A stretch of DNA of 64,000 nt from Lama glama. Lineage: Eukaryota. Of the stretch, positions 48,464 to 62,219 are shown piece by piece. The position numbers and the translations under genes are program-made. The stretch lies in contig CM052816.1 of assembly GCA_028534125.1 (NCBI GenBank), forward strand, positions 100,256,001 to 100,320,000. Direction: 5' to 3'. Within the stretch, counting starts at the first letter, position 1; each line of letters starts with the position of its first letter. The notes below the pieces were generated by a model. The model saw nothing but the letters and a program-made list of their open reading frames with translations. It was not told the origin of the DNA and did not search any database.

Positions 48464-49711
48464 AAGACAAGACGCAATAAATCTCCTAGAAGAAAACATA
48501 GGCAAAAAATTATCTCACACACATCTCAGCAATGTTCTCCTAGGGCAGTCTCCCCAGGCAATAGAAATAAAAACAAAAATAAAAAATGGGGCCTAATTAA
48601 ACATACAAGCTTTTCACAGCAAAGGAAACCATAAACAAAACAAAAAGACAACCTACAGAATGGGAGAAAATATTTTCAAATGATGCAACTGACTAGGGCT
48701 TAATTTCCAGACTATATAAACAGCTCATACAAATTAACGACCAAAAAAAACCAAACAAAACAGCCTAATCCAAAAATGTGCAGAAGACCTAAACAGACAC
48801 TCCTCCAGTGAAGACATATAAATGGCCAATAGGGCCACGAAGAAATGCTCAAGCTCACTAAGTATAATGAAAATGCAAATCAAAAGTACAATGAGGTACC
48901 ACCTCACACCAGCAAGGGTGGCCATCACGGAAAAGTCCACAAACAATGAAAGACGGAGAGGGTGTGGTGAAAGGAAACCCTTCTACACTGTTTGTGGGAA
49001 TGTAGTTTGGTGCAGCCACTACGAAAAACCACATGGAGATTCCTTAAAAAACTAAGATTAGACTTACCATACGATCCAGCAATCCCACTCCTGGGCATGT
49101 ATCTGGAGGGAGTATCAAAAAGACACCTGCACCTTAGTGTTCACAGCAGCACTATTTACAGTAGCCAAGACATGGAAGCAACCTAACTGTCCAGCAACAG
49201 ATGACTGGACAAAGAAGACGTGGTGTATTTATACAATGGAATACCACTCAGCCATAAAAAAGAATAAAATAATGCCATTTGCTGCAACATTAATGGACCT
49301 GTAGACTGTCATTCTAAGTGAAGTAAGCTAGAAAGAGAAAGAAAAATATCATACGATATCACTCATATGTGAAATCAAAAGAAAAGAAAAAGAGGACACA
49401 AAGGAACGTACTTACAAAACAGAGACAAATTCACAGACATAGAGAACAAACTTACGGTTACAGGGTGGAGGTAAATGGTGGAGAGGATAAATTAGAAGTT
49501 TTGGATTTACAGATATAAACTACTATTTATAAAATAGACAAACAACAATGTTCTACTGTGTAGCACAAGGAACTGTATCCAATATCTTGTAATGGCCTAT
49601 AATAAAAAATGAATATGAAAATATATATATACATATATATGAGAAACTAAATCATTATGCTGTACACCAGAAATCAACACAACACTATAAATCAATATAT
49701 TTCAAGTTAAA
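48464..49711 (+). mobile_element. Lineage-specific L1, 3' 1.25 kb (ORF2 C-terminus plus 3' UTR)
   Basis: ORFs [17 protein letters not shown] and [23 protein letters not shown]; possible TSD AAAAGAAGTCTGCCT / AAAAGGCATCTGCCT. Confidence 0.95.
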
Positions 49712-49842
49712 AAAAGGCATCTGCCTTTTAAAGTCCAAGGACTACAATACATCAAAAGACATTATATTATCCATCAATGCTCATTGTTAAGCTTCTAAAA
49801 ACTAAAGCTATCTCATGAAAAGACAAAGATACTGTGGCAGCA

Positions 49843-49967
49843 TCATCCATTCATTATTAAGTGTCACTGAGTGGCTCCGACGTGCCAGGGACTGGACCAA
49901 GGCTCTGTAGAAAAAGTGCTAAATGAAGAAGACAAATTCTGCCTCCCTGGGGCTTACAGTCTGGGGG
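49843..49967 (-). mobile_element. L2 3' end fragment
   Basis: CATTCATT...CTGAGTGGCTCCGACGTGCCAGG...CTCCCTGGGGCTTACAGTCT is typical antisense L2. Confidence 0.65.
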
Positions 49968-50759
49968 CTGTCTGCTACTCTATACCATGGGGCTATGCGT
50001 GTTTTTAGCGGCATTTTCTACACTTTTATTTAGACAATTTAGAGCAAGAATATTTTGCATTAATAGGTATCACTACAAAACATGCATTGAATTGTATACA
50101 CACATGCTTACACTGGTGGGGAGAGGGAACCCTGGAATGTTCAAAATTAGAATTTTGAAAGATATCCTTCAACACACAACTCCTAAGAACATTAGGGAAA
50201 AGAAAATTTAATAGAAACATTGGTTTTCCAGGTGGCCAGCCATATGAAGTCTTTTTTTTTTCCCTACTGCTACTCCATTAAGGTTTTAATCTCTGAGGTT
50301 ACATGGCTAGAAAGAGATCAAATTTTAATGACCGATAATGAGCTAGATTTGCTCTGTTCTCCAATAAACGTGTTACTGCAGAGCATGGCCCAACGCTTCA
50401 GTGGGCTAAAGAAGCAAAGAAACAAAGAAAAACTGAATCTTCATTTGTTTTCAAAATGTTACAGAGATTAATTGGAGGGAACGTGGGCTAACACGAGCTG
50501 GAGAAAGACAAGACCAGAGGATACTGCCTCCCGGGGTGGGGTGCACGTCAGTGCAGGGAGCCCAGCCTTCGTGCTTTTCCAAGTAAGAGAACAAGTTAGT
50601 ATTAGAGGAAAAAAACGTGTTGGCTCCAAGGTCATCCACTAGCTGAGATCACTGATGTCACTGCTTACGGTGCAAACCCTGGATGTTCAGGCTCTCCGTG
50701 AATAGGTTAGAATCACGCCATGAGATTTAAGGAAATCTAATCAAGGAAACCACCATGTT

Positions 50760-50905
50760 CTTTTTCTTTTCTTTTTTTTTAATTTATTAAAATTAAAAAA
50801 ATTGGTAGGAGGGAGGTAATTCAGTTTATTTATTTAGTTACTTATTTTCAAGTGGAGGTACTGGGGATTGAACCCGGACCTCGGGCGTGCTAAGCACGTG
50901 CTCCC
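50760..50905 (-). mobile_element. Camelid-type tRNA-derived SINE
   Basis: GGAGGTACTGGGGATTGAACCCGGACCTCGGGCGTGCTAAGCACGTGCTC preceded by a T-rich tail. Confidence 0.85.
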
Positions 50906-52867
50906 CTCTCCACCCTTTTCTTTCTAACCCCAGTTTTCTCATCTATAAAGTTACAGATTCATTTTAGGTGCTGTCTAAGGCCCTGCTCCATACAGAAAAT
51001 CCATCATGTAATATTTTTAGCAGACAAAAGACGATAGAGTATTTTTTTCTATAAAATAGCTTTAAAATGTATTTTTTGGTAATGTCTGTAGACTATAATT
51101 GAAACCGCACTTGTCTTCTCAGGAAAGAGTTTGCTGCTCAAAGAGAAGTGCATGCGCACCCTGGGCCCGGGAGTCCAGGCCGTGCTCTTTGGACAATCTG
51201 TTTTCTGGAAGGAAAGAAGGCCTCCACATCAGGGACCACTAACGTTGGCCTCTGAGTGCCTGCTCCTGTGGGAGTGGACAAGTGTCTGCTGAGGGCCTGA
51301 GAGAGCCACAGTCCTGCTGCGGTTGTCTTCCAGCCACTCCTGACGAAGTGCTTGTTCAGGAAATTGACTGCTTATTTTAGAAGCTGTTTTAGTTGCTCTG
51401 GATTTGGAATAATCTAGTAAAATTATTCAACTCTTTTTTTTTCTTCTTTCATGTAAAATAAAGATATTTTTATTTTTTGTGGATAAACGCAAAGCATAGA
51501 AAGTCAAAATTAACTTCCCTTAAAATTGTTTGAACCAATCAGACAATTTAATGGACATGTTTAACGTTTCCCTGGAGCTTTTGTCGAGCTGCGGGCTGGG
51601 CCTGGGGTGCACGGAGTTAGGCACCAACCGCAGGGGCACAGTTTAAGGAGAGACCAGAGTACGATACATCGTGTCATAATGCAACCTTTAAAAAATGAAG
51701 TTGAGACAAAAAACATCCATGATGAGCAAAAGATTTCAACTTTAAACCAAGACAGGATGAGTGGGGGCACGTTATGCCTCCCACCATCCAGCCAGCCAGC
51801 AAGGAAGAGCTGTTAGAACTGACGGGGAGCACTACGTCGTCTGACCAGACCTACGGTGGGGGGTGGAGTACACCCCCAGTTGGACATCTCAGCTGGGGTT
51901 GGCTTCCCCTTCAGAGGAAGATGCTGGGAATACTGAGGCCACGGAATTAAGCAACAGAGTGACAAAATATACTATTTAAGATAGCGGATCCTCCATTGTG
52001 CTGGACTGCCCAGCACTGGGACAAGATGATCCTGCCTTTCTGGAGAAGGTCTTGTACCTGTGTTCCGTGCAGAGCCTGGGGCTGACCCCTGGGAACAGAG
52101 GCCAGGCGCGGCTCCTGCGCTCCAGACGTGAGCTCTCCATTCTCCATCACGCTGCGAGTCTGCCCATCACGTTGTTGTGCGTTTATGGGAACCAAATACA
52201 GGAACATTAAGAAAGAAAACAGGAGAGGAAGGGAAAGGGAGGGAAAACAGACAGAGGGGGAGCTTGAAAACTGATTTCAAGCTAAGGGCTATTAAGGACC
52301 CAGATTCGCAGTGACTGGAAGAAGCAACACTGCTCTCCAGGGGTCCGTGGTGTCCTGTGACCTTGAAGTTCTATAAACACATAGTAGGAGATAACTGACC
52401 ACCTACACCATTGCTTTCTTTACTCTAGGAGGGGCTCACTGGGGCCGATCTTGGTAGTTCTTCTTAAGACACGAATAAGGGCAAGTTCGTGTTTGTAGCA
52501 TCTTTCCTCTCCGCGGTCCCTGTGGAATACGTTCCCCGGGCTTGAATCCTTGCAGAGGCTTTACGTATGAAAAACTGGATGATGAAGACCTGCAGTCAAG
52601 ATTTTATAGCTCTGTTTTAAAACAGCATTCAAAGCCACATTAAGACACTTACTTAGAAATTATGGAGAAAACAGACAGGGTATCGAGTGGCCGGAAGAAG
52701 CAGAAGACAGGGTGCATGGAGAGCTGAACGGCACGGGATGGGCAGTGGCTGCTTTGCAAACTAGCTTCAGACGAGGCTTCTCCCCCCTCCTCCTGTTGAG
52801 GAAAGAGCTGACAGGAAGAGGGCTTTCGCGTGAATACCCTGGGCCAGGCAGAGGCTCTCCGCAGCAC

Positions 52868-53490
52868 ATGGGTGTCCTTGGAGACAAGGCAGGTCTGGAT
52901 CCAGGCTCCTGGAACAAAGTGAACATAAACATAAAGCCAGTAACTCATGGTGAAACAGAATATGAAAACAAATACATGTACGTTCATGTATAACTGAAGC
53001 CTTGTGCTGCACACCAGAACTTGGCACAGCATTGTAAACTGGCTCTACTTCAATAAAAATATATATGTACCCCCAAAATTAATAAAGTCACACAAATGTT
53101 TTGGCTCCCCACTGCCTGTAAAAATTACGTGCATGCTCTGCTGTAGTCTAATAAGCAGGCAACAACCTTGTGTCTGAAAAAAACAATGACCATACCTTAA
53201 TTAAAAAAATTTTATTGCTAAAAAGCACTAACCGTTATCTGAGCCTCAGTGACTTGAGGTAGTAACATCAATAATCACTCACCATGGAGCACCGCAACCC
53301 AAATAACAGTAGTGAGAAGGTGTGAAATATTGCTCAAAGTACCAAAATGTGACACAAGGGATTAAAGGCTGTGGGGAAAATGGCGCTGGTAGACTTGTCA
53401 ACGCAGGGTTGCCTCAAACCTTCAATTTGCGGAAAACGCAACATCTGTGAAGGGCAACTAAGCTCAGCACAGTAAAACGAGGTTTGCCTG
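52868..53490. mobile_element. Tigger2-type (Tigger2a/MER28-like) DNA transposon, interrupted by an L1 tail
   Basis: Right terminus AAAACGAGGTTTGCCTG followed by TA; internal CCTTAATTAAAAAAATTTTATTGCTAAAAA and GGGTTGCCTCAAACCTTCAATTTG; degenerate left end at about 52868-52940. Confidence 0.8.
52940..53080 (+). mobile_element. Short lineage-specific L1 tail inside the Tigger2 element
   Basis: GAATATGAAAACAAATACATGTACGTTCATGTATAACTGAAG...ACTTCAATAAAAA. Confidence 0.85.
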
Positions 53491-54189
53491 TATACGTGGG
53501 AATGAGCTAGAAGCCTGATTTCACGAAGCTTCATGCTGGTAATATGTTCCACTGTTTCCGGGTGAATCATGTTTAAATGATGACAGTTGAGCTTGTGTCT
53601 ATGTGTTCATATATTTGGTCTTAACTATATTAAGGCCATGAGTTGTTCCATTTCTATTTCCTTTAGAAAAACTCTAGTTTGAAAAGATCAATTTAATTTA
53701 CTACTTTGTTATAAAGTCCGCAATCATTCTTTGCTGCAATATGTCATTTTCTCGACTCTTCAGTTGCTCAGCACCTTCCGTCTCTTCATCCTTGTAGAAA
53801 CACTGCTCTGTTGCAACAGGTAATTCAGCGCATAGGATTACAACATCATAAAAGCATCATGATCTGGAGGTTGGTCAGACACATTGGCCTCCTACACATC
53901 CTCATTCCACTGGTCAGAAGTAGAGGGGCACTGACACATGAAAAGAAGGCTTTGTTCTGGTGTCTGAAGGTCTAACTTCAGTTAAGAAGTCATGATACCT
54001 GCAAGGAAGAAGCCAGTGTAATATACCACAGAAGAACTTGTCCACAGAGCTTAAAATGGTGCCATGATGAAAGGCAGAGTCAAACAGGTGGGAGGAGACC
54101 ACGCCCCAGAGGAGACCCTGCCCACAAGGACGTATCAGGTGTATGACGACCAGTAAGTAGACAAATGCCAGGCTGTCAAGGCAATGAGA

Positions 54190-54450
54190 GAAGAAACAAT
54201 AAGGAGCCTTATCTTTATTCTACAGACAATGAGGGACTAGTGAAGGTTTTAATAAAAGGTGGATCATTATTAGATTCTGGAGTAAAAACACAGCTCTGGA
54301 CTAGGTTTCAGAGTCAAAGAGAACAATGAGAAAGATACTCTAGTAATTTGGTTAATAGGGTTAAGTTATGACCTGAGGCTGAGATGGTGTAAAGAAAGTA
54401 GACAGGAAGGATTAAGAAAATTTTAAGTGGATAGAGTTCAAAATTTTATA
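54190..54450 (-). mobile_element. L2 fragment
   Basis: CTTTATTCTACAGACAATGAGGGACTAGTGAAGGTTTTAA is an L2-like motif; highly diverged. Confidence 0.5.
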
Positions 54451-54693
54451 ATGGGTCACATATAGGCTTTAAGGAGATTGCAAGATAGAGATGTCTGGGG
54501 GATATCATCTAAAAAAGTGGGGGCATCACAAGTACAGAAAATAGTTTTAGAGAATCTAGATAATATAATAAGAAATCTCAAATAATGTGGTTACATGCCA
54601 GAGAGCAGGAAACACTATTTGTGGATAATATTTTAAATCCAGAAAAGGAGAAAAATATTTAAAAACTCAGAAACTGATACAAGTTACTAGAAT

Positions 54694-55430
54694 GGAGAAA
54701 AGGAAGCCCTGTATTGTCAGTGGGAATGTAAGTCAGAGCAGCCACTGTGGAGAACAGTGCAGAGGTTTCTCAAAAAACTAAACCTAGGACTACCATGTGG
54801 TCTTCCAATCGTGGGTGTATATCTGAAAAAAAAATACACTAATTCAAAAAGATGCATGCACCCTAATATTCATAGCAGCATTATTTACAATTGGCAAGAT
54901 ATGAAAACAATCTAAGTGTCCATCAACACATGAATAGACAAAGAAGACATGAGGTATATGTATAAAATGGAATACTACTAAGCCAAAAAAGGAACGAAAT
55001 GTTGCCATTTGTGACAACATGGATGGACTTGGAGGATATAATGCTAGTGAAATAAGCCAGAAAAAGACAAATGTTGTATGATATCATTTATATCGGAATC
55101 TAGAAAATAAAACAAACTAGTGGATATGCCAAAAAGAAGCAGGCCCACAGATACAGAGAACAAACTAGTGGTAACCAGTGGGGAGAGGAAAAGGGGGAGG
55201 GGAAACACAGGGGTGGAGGAATAAGAGGTGCAAACTACCATGTGTGAAGTAATAACCCACAGGGATGCACTGTACAGCACAGGGGAGGTAGCCAGTGGTT
55301 CATAATAATTGTAAATGGGGTAAATCCTTTAAAAGTTGTGAGTATGTTGTATACCTGCAACTTACATAACATCATGCATCAACTATACTTCAATTTAAAA
55401 AAAAATTGTCCCAGAAAAAGGTAAAATAAA
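54694..55430 (+). mobile_element. L1 (L1MA-age) 3' end inserted into an older L1, with TSD
   Basis: ORF2 end and 3' UTR; flanked by ACAAGTTACTAGAATG (54678-54693) and ACAAATTACTAGAATG (55431-55446). Confidence 0.9.
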
Positions 55431-55959
55431 ACAAATTACTAGAATGTAGAATAAAGTTTAGTAAGGTGGCTAGATATAAGCTAAATATACAAAATCATAG
55501 TTTTCTTCTATACTTTCAATAATTAGAAATGAAAATGAGAACAAATTATTCCATTTTTCCAAACTAAAAGAACTGTAAGGTATCTACGAATATGCTTAAT
55601 AAGAAAGATTAAAGATCTGTACTATAAGTCCTGTTGAAGAACATAAAGCAGGCGAGGTAGACAGCTACAAGTATCATCTCCCTGGGTAGGAAAATTTTAA
55701 ATCATAAAAGCATTAATTCTTCCCAAATAATATGCACATGTGATGCAGTTTTAACCTGAAGAAAACTTTGTTTTGCACTGAATAAAATGGCTTGAGAGGC
55801 CAGATATAAAACAGAGAGAGTCCTGCTCACCAAAATTCTACATTTTACCTTCACATCACAATCCGCTCTGCTCTGAGGCTGGGAGCACATGAGTGGTCTG
55901 ACCAGTGGACTGTACCTGAGAATTAATTTGGCTTTTTATTTACTTTTCTTATGCAAAGA

Positions 55960-56157
55960 CAAATTCAGAAGCTGCACTTTGAAATGGCAGTGCCACAAGT
56001 GCCACGAGGCGTGCCTGCATCCTGGGTTCTCGATTGGAGGAGAGCTGCTCGAACCATCCCGACGTGGGAGTTTGCAACAGGTACACCTGTGTTGAGTTAA
56101 GCATTAAAACTTCAAAGTCAATTGTTTCTTCTTTGCCTGGCCTAATCTAACTGAAAC
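55960..56157 (+). mobile_element. Ancient MLT1 (J/K-like) LTR 3' fragment
   Basis: Ends GCCTAATCTAACTGAAACA, preceded by TGTGTTGAGTTAAGCA. Confidence 0.45.
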
Positions 56158-58034
56158 AATATAGAAAAGTAAATATTTTAGACGAGACTGTAGAATTTTA
56201 AATATCAGAAGAGTGAGTAGGCACTTGACTTAAACTACTGTAAAATGTACACAAAGTCATTGACATGGAAAGCAGTATTACACTGGCAGGACAGAATTCC
56301 ATAACAGGAGTTCTAGGCACAAAGTAAGTGTGTGCAGAAACAATGTATGGCAGAAGAGCTATTTCAGTCCTGGACAGTGATACGAGGGCACTTAACAATG
56401 GTGCTGACACATTAGCTATTCGTTTAGAAGACGCCAAAACTAAGCCTCTACTTATACTGTACTCAAAACAGTATCTTTTTTAAAATCTTTAAAAATACAT
56501 AATTTTGACAACCTTTTGGAGCTATTTGAGCTATTGAGAAACAAAGAGCCATATAGGAAACATAGCCATGTCTGACCACATTGTTTTAATGATAAATGAT
56601 CACATAAATAGTCAAAGACAAATAATGTACTGGAAAAAGAACTTGCAACATATACACATCACAAAAGTTAAATATCACCAGCATTTTACAAATTGAAAAG
56701 AAAAAGGCAAGCAAACAATATTTAATGGAGAGTTGAGTCATAGAAAAGGCAAATCCAAATGGTCAACAGATGTGCGAAAATCAGCTCAACCTCACCATCA
56801 GAGAAACGCAAGTTAAGACAACAGTGGAAAGAGGCTTTTTTCCCCTTTTTTCTAACCCTGCCAACACAGAAAACAATTTTCAGTGCACTAGCAGCCAATA
56901 TGGATGGGAGTGTTCGGAAGTAGTCATCCTCATGAACCGCCGGTCAGACTTCGAATTGCTGCCGCTTACTGGAGAGTCGCTTATTAAGCAAAGATGTGCA
57001 TTCCCTTTTTTCTAGCAGTCTTTTTCCTAGTGACATAAAATACAGGAATATAAAAAGCATTATTATGTAAGACTATCTGAACAAGAATATGGCACCGGGT
57101 GTGGTGACAAGAAAGAAAAATCAGACCAGCAGGAATATGACCGTGCTTTCAGGCAGGATGAGCTGTGTAGCTGTGGGCTGGGAGAACGCAGCAGCAAGTG
57201 AGAGCACTCAGTCAGCGTGTCAGCAGCTTGGTGTGAGCTTTCTCTGAAGAGCTAAGTGACAACAAAGTAGCCCTCTCTGTGTGTCCTGTTGAGCTGACAC
57301 AACCTCTCAGCCATGCCAAGCTGAGGACAGCGGCCATCAGTGTAAATGCGTTAGCCTCCAAAGCAGACTGGCGCGTAGAAGAAAAGAAAAGACACTGACC
57401 TTTTAAAAATGACCACTCTGTACTTTTTTCACTAGCAATAATGGGTATAGATTCATTTTTAAAATTAATAAATCGGATTTGACAAGAAAAAGCATTGAGG
57501 ATGTGGAAGCCCACCAGGCTTAGAGGGCCAGAGGCTCAGAGACAAGGAAACAGTCCCTTCCCCTGCCATCCTTGAGCCCTTCAGGAAGAAGACCTGAAAG
57601 GGGGGCTTGACCTGACGGACAGGCCGGTGCTCCGGGAACCTGTGTGTGCCGGTCAAGGCAGAGAAAGGCACCCGAGCTGAATGCCGCCGACAGGTGCGCG
57701 TGCTGATGTGCGCTGATGCCCCGCTGGCTGCCGAGGGCAGGTGTCCGGGCTGGTGTGGGATGCAGGTTTAGCAAATGGAGGCGAGGTAGTGGCTCTCTCT
57801 GAACTTTATACTCACCGTGAATAGGAATAATGGAGTGTTTCTTAGGAAACTGAGTAAAATAAAATCCTACCACTGAGTTAAAGTCTAAAAGACTAGCCGT
57901 TCTGACCACGGTTTGGATACTGGGCTTCTTTTAGGCGCATGTGTTACTTTGTGCCCCGAGACCCTCACAGCGGGCAGCCCGACCTCATACAGAGGGGCAG
58001 ACACGCCTGTCAGCCTGGCGTCAGCGTTCCCTGC

Positions 58035-58150
58035 TGCTCACCGCTCCGAGCCTCGGTTTCCTCACCTGTAAAAATCTTCAGACCTTACATGTGTTAGAAA
58101 GAGCAGTCACAAGATTCCCAATAAATGGTAAGTATTTGGTTTACACTGCT
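58035..58150 (+). mobile_element. MIR SINE
   Basis: GAGCCTCGGTTTCCTCACCTGTAAAA core. Confidence 0.75.
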
Positions 58151-59833
58151 GTTCTTTTTGTAAGAGTTATGCTCTTGGAAATTGAATTTTTTTTTCTGGA
58201 AGCACCAATTAAATGAATAAAAATTCTAAATTATTTTATTCATGTCAGCTTTCAAAGTAAAGTAGCTCATTCCACAGGTTATTAGTTATAAGATGTGTAC
58301 ATGAACACGTGAGGACAGTGATACTGTCGACAACGATTCTGACATCATAAAAGAATTCTAGCCGTCAGAGAGACGTACCGTGCTGCTGTTATATGCTAAA
58401 GCTAACTGCTCCAAGGACAGAGCACACCGATACTTGGAATTATCACAACAGCCTATGAAAAAGATCATAGAAGTCTGGTTCTGGGGGAAGGAAAACAAAG
58501 AGTTGCCCCTTGCAGGGCAGTGACTGAAAGATCTCGGGTTGAAGAAAGACTCATCTGTTTGTTTTCTGCAAACGCAAGACAAAGATAAAAGAGCGAGGAG
58601 AAACTTTGCATCGACATCTAGTGAAATAATTTTGAGAACATTTTCAGGAAATCTTAACTTGCTATGTAATTACAAGTAATTTTCACCATCTTACTAGTCA
58701 TTTCTGAAGTCTAAATACGTGAATAAGGTCAAACTGTACCTGTGGCGATGCCGTTACTTATCTGGCAGTGTCAATTTGCTGCAATCTGCCAAGACCAGAT
58801 TTATTCGTGTTATAAACTAGAACAGACACGGCCCAGAAGCATCGCGCAGCCATCGGGTCTGCCCACACCCGGTGTTAAGGAGCTCGGCGAGAACCTGGTG
58901 TGCCTGCGCCCTGACCCCCCAGCGTCTATGAAAAGGCTGCGGCCAGCGACAGAGGGGGACAGAGCAGAGCTTCGCAGCAGCTCAGTTTAAAGCACAGGTA
59001 GTTAACACGTGTCCCTGGCTTGTTTTACTGTCCTGCAGAGTTCCGGGGGTGTTGCAGATTAACGGCCCTCCCAGTTCCTGCTCCGGCGCTCCTGAGCCTT
59101 GGAGGGGCAGGAAGCTAAGTCAGCTGTGGCTCCCAAAGAAATCTGAACTGCCATCGCAGGTCAGCGCATCCCCAGGTGTGTTCCAGAAAACTAGCTTGTG
59201 GGAAGACTGTTAAGTGGTTAAAAACATAATAATTCAATGTTCGTTATATTTGTGAAATTCTAGTTTAAAGACAGGTATGAAGAGGTTTTGTTGGGTTTTG
59301 TTCTTTTTATTATTCATTTGTGTACTTCTGTGTTTTTTTTCAGAATTGTTATTTCGTTGGATCCCCACCACATGAGTTGCATGTTGAGAGAACGAGTAGG
59401 TTTTGAAGTAGTTCTGGAAACACCTGAATCATTGAAGCCTTTTATTCCTAAGACATGTTACAAAACGGGCGAATCTGGGACGCACTTTGGGATCGTGGCA
59501 GCCGCTCTTCAATTCACATTCTGGAAGAGAAATGCCACCAGTTTGCCTTTGCCGATTCAGAATGTTACCAATTCAGACCTGACCAAGGATAGCGCCTGTC
59601 GGTGCCTTATCCATGGAGAAAGGGTTTGCTAGGCGAATTAATAAAGTGAACCAGGGTTTTTCCACACTGTGTTCTGAGATATTAATAGACATTCCATGAA
59701 AAAGGATTTCATGGGCAAAGAAGTTCAGGAAGCCCCGGGTGCAGTCCCTCCAGGAGACCCGTGCGGCATGTCCGCACACCATGGGCTCAGGAGGGGCCCC
59801 AGGAACCCCCCTGACTTCACCCCAGGATTCCCC

Positions 59834-59933
59834 NNNNNNNNNNNNNNNNNNNNNNNNNNNNNNNNNNNNNNNNNNNNNNNNNNNNNNNNNNNNNNNNNNN
59901 NNNNNNNNNNNNNNNNNNNNNNNNNNNNNNNNN
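59834..59933. other. Assembly gap (100 N)
   Basis: Run of N. Confidence 1.
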
Positions 59934-62219
59934 CCCAGCCCTTCACTGGTCCTCTGCCCTGGAGACCACATCCCAACTCCCAGATCTGGGTGTGTGACCG
60001 CATGGGTGAAGTAAGTACGGTCACACAGCAGTTTCAAGCATGAGTCACCTGCTTATGTATTTAGTTATTAATCACATGCTGGTCTGATCTCTCTATCAAA
60101 GGGAACTTTCTCTACCTGGAGATGTTTCATTAGCTTAAGAATCCTCTTAAGAGAAAAGGCGGCTCTGCGGAGGCAGGCTTCCGACTCAGGTCTTTGCTTT
60201 TTCAGATCGGTCTTGAAGGTCCCATTAGCCCGCCTCTCAGGCTGGCCTCCTCCCACCACCCGCGTGTCGGGTGCCGTCGGGTCCTGAGTCAGAATATCTG
60301 AAGACTGTGAGGGCCAGCGGGTGGAATAACCAGTGTCTAGATTTCCCATAAAACATTAATAACAATTCAAACCTGTCAGGATTTAATTCAGCCCTTGCAA
60401 ATACACACAAACCCCTGCTCTGTAGCGGGCAGTGATTTTTTTGGAAGTTCCTGTGATTCCCAGCGTTTCAAGTGGGCGCCACAGGGAAACTAGAGCCACC
60501 ACTACTCTCCCAAGAAAAAGACTGTTAATGGAGAGCCCTAAAGGACCCAGGTAATTCAGACGGGCTCCTAGCGAGCAGGTAGCCCCGCGCTGGTGACCAG
60601 TGTGCCCGGAAACTAGCCACTTACACTTAACTAGTACACCAACACACGGCGGCCGCAGCCCTCCCGACCCCGGTTAGTAGAAAAGCTGCCTTCCCAGCGG
60701 CGCCCAGCTTCACCTGATTGACATCGGCCTGCTGGTCAGCCCGCCTTCTGTTTAATAACTCAGCCGTGCGGTGGCTGCGGATAAAGGGATCTCCGGTGGG
60801 GAGATCAAAGAATTAATCAAGCGAAACAGTAAAGAATGATTTCAGAAATCTTTTGAGAGAGATAAATAACTCAAAGTGATGAGTTATTGAATCTTTAGGG
60901 TGTATTTATTTATCAGGCCGTCAAAATTTACCATTTTAAAGCTCATTCCATTTTTCTTTCACATTAGCTGGTTGTCTTCGAGGTGACATATAACCACCAA
61001 AACTGAATATGCAATCAACCTGTGACTTAATACGAGAATATTTGATAAATCTATTCTATTAGATTTAAAAACAAACCTTCATAGTGTTAAATCTGAGGGG
61101 AAAAAAAAAGCTCAAATGATCTATAATGAACAGGGAAAATGTGGCACCATCCTGACCCAGAGTATTCTAAATAGCTTTATGATTGAGTCATATACTATTA
61201 GAGGAAACATTTAGACGTTTTGACGTCAAACTCCTACTGAAAGGAAGAAATTCTCTTTCCAACATTCCTAAGAGATGCTTCTCCAGCCACTTACTGAGTG
61301 TCGTGCTGCCAGCAAGCTCCGCTGAGCAGACCCCTGTTTGCATAGCTCGTCCCTGGCTCGCTGTAGCGTGGCCCACAGGAGGGTCCCGGCTCAGGTCTCT
61401 GCAGTTGCCACGACTCTCTGTAACGTCTCTTTCACATGAAAAACTTTCAAACACTTTAATGCCCCATCTGGGTACCCTACTTCCTGGTTTAAATACCTCT
61501 AGTACCTTCAGCTATTACTCGCGCGATGTCGCCAGAGACCCTGGCCCTTTGCGAGTCCCCTCTGGAATCCTTCTTTTCAAGTTTTTTTTCTTTTTCCCGT
61601 AAATGTGGCTTCCCTGACTGGATACACTCCTCCAGGTATAAAATGACCAGCACAGAGCATAAAAGGAAGACAGTCAAAGAATTCGCAGAATGCCTCTCCT
61701 TGTACTTTTCTGGACGTCAGACTTGAAGCAGAGACCACCCTGGAGAGTCAGGATAAACCCACGGCTCCAAAAAAAGGCGAGAGCCGGCCTGTGAAGTGCA
61801 CCTGTGGCATCAGTCTAGGCCAGGGGCCACGTGCCCAGAAATGAAAGGAAACTAAACGTGAATGGAGGCCTCTCTCTCCTGGTCCAACTGAGAGATGCCT
61901 TCTTTCACTCAACTGTTAACATCCGCACTGAGCATGAAGAACCACGGACGATGTTCCAGGTCACCCTGGCGTATTTGCATATACAAACAGAATCTCTGCT
62001 AATGAGCCCAGAAAAGTACCCTGTGCCTCAAAGCGAAAAAGAAGAGGTTGAAAAATAGCAAACTCACTGTCTTCAGAAAGCGTGGTTAGGTACCGGACTC
62101 ACGAACGAGTCAGGATGATGAAACCAGGACCTGCGAATGTGGGACCAACAAGCGTATTTCAGGGAGGGGGTGGGAGGCACTGATTGCCCACCACGTAGGA
62201 CCACTGTGTCTGCTGGCAT

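Larger units (their letters stand above)
54570..57150 (+). mobile_element. Very old fragmented L1 ORF2, host of the 54694 insertion and of an LTR fragment
   Basis: TTTAGTAAGGTGGCTAGATATAAG...AATATACAAAATC; CTCAACCTCACCATCAGAGAAACGCAAGTTAAGACAACAGTG. Confidence 0.6.

Noticed and set aside
50850..50905. tRNA gene
   Set aside because: The B-box belongs to a tRNA-derived SINE with an A-rich tail; no cloverleaf.
53700..53860. Short minus-strand frame ELPVATEQCFYKDEETEGAEQLKSREND
   Set aside because: Bounded by stops, no clear splice sites, no recognised homology.
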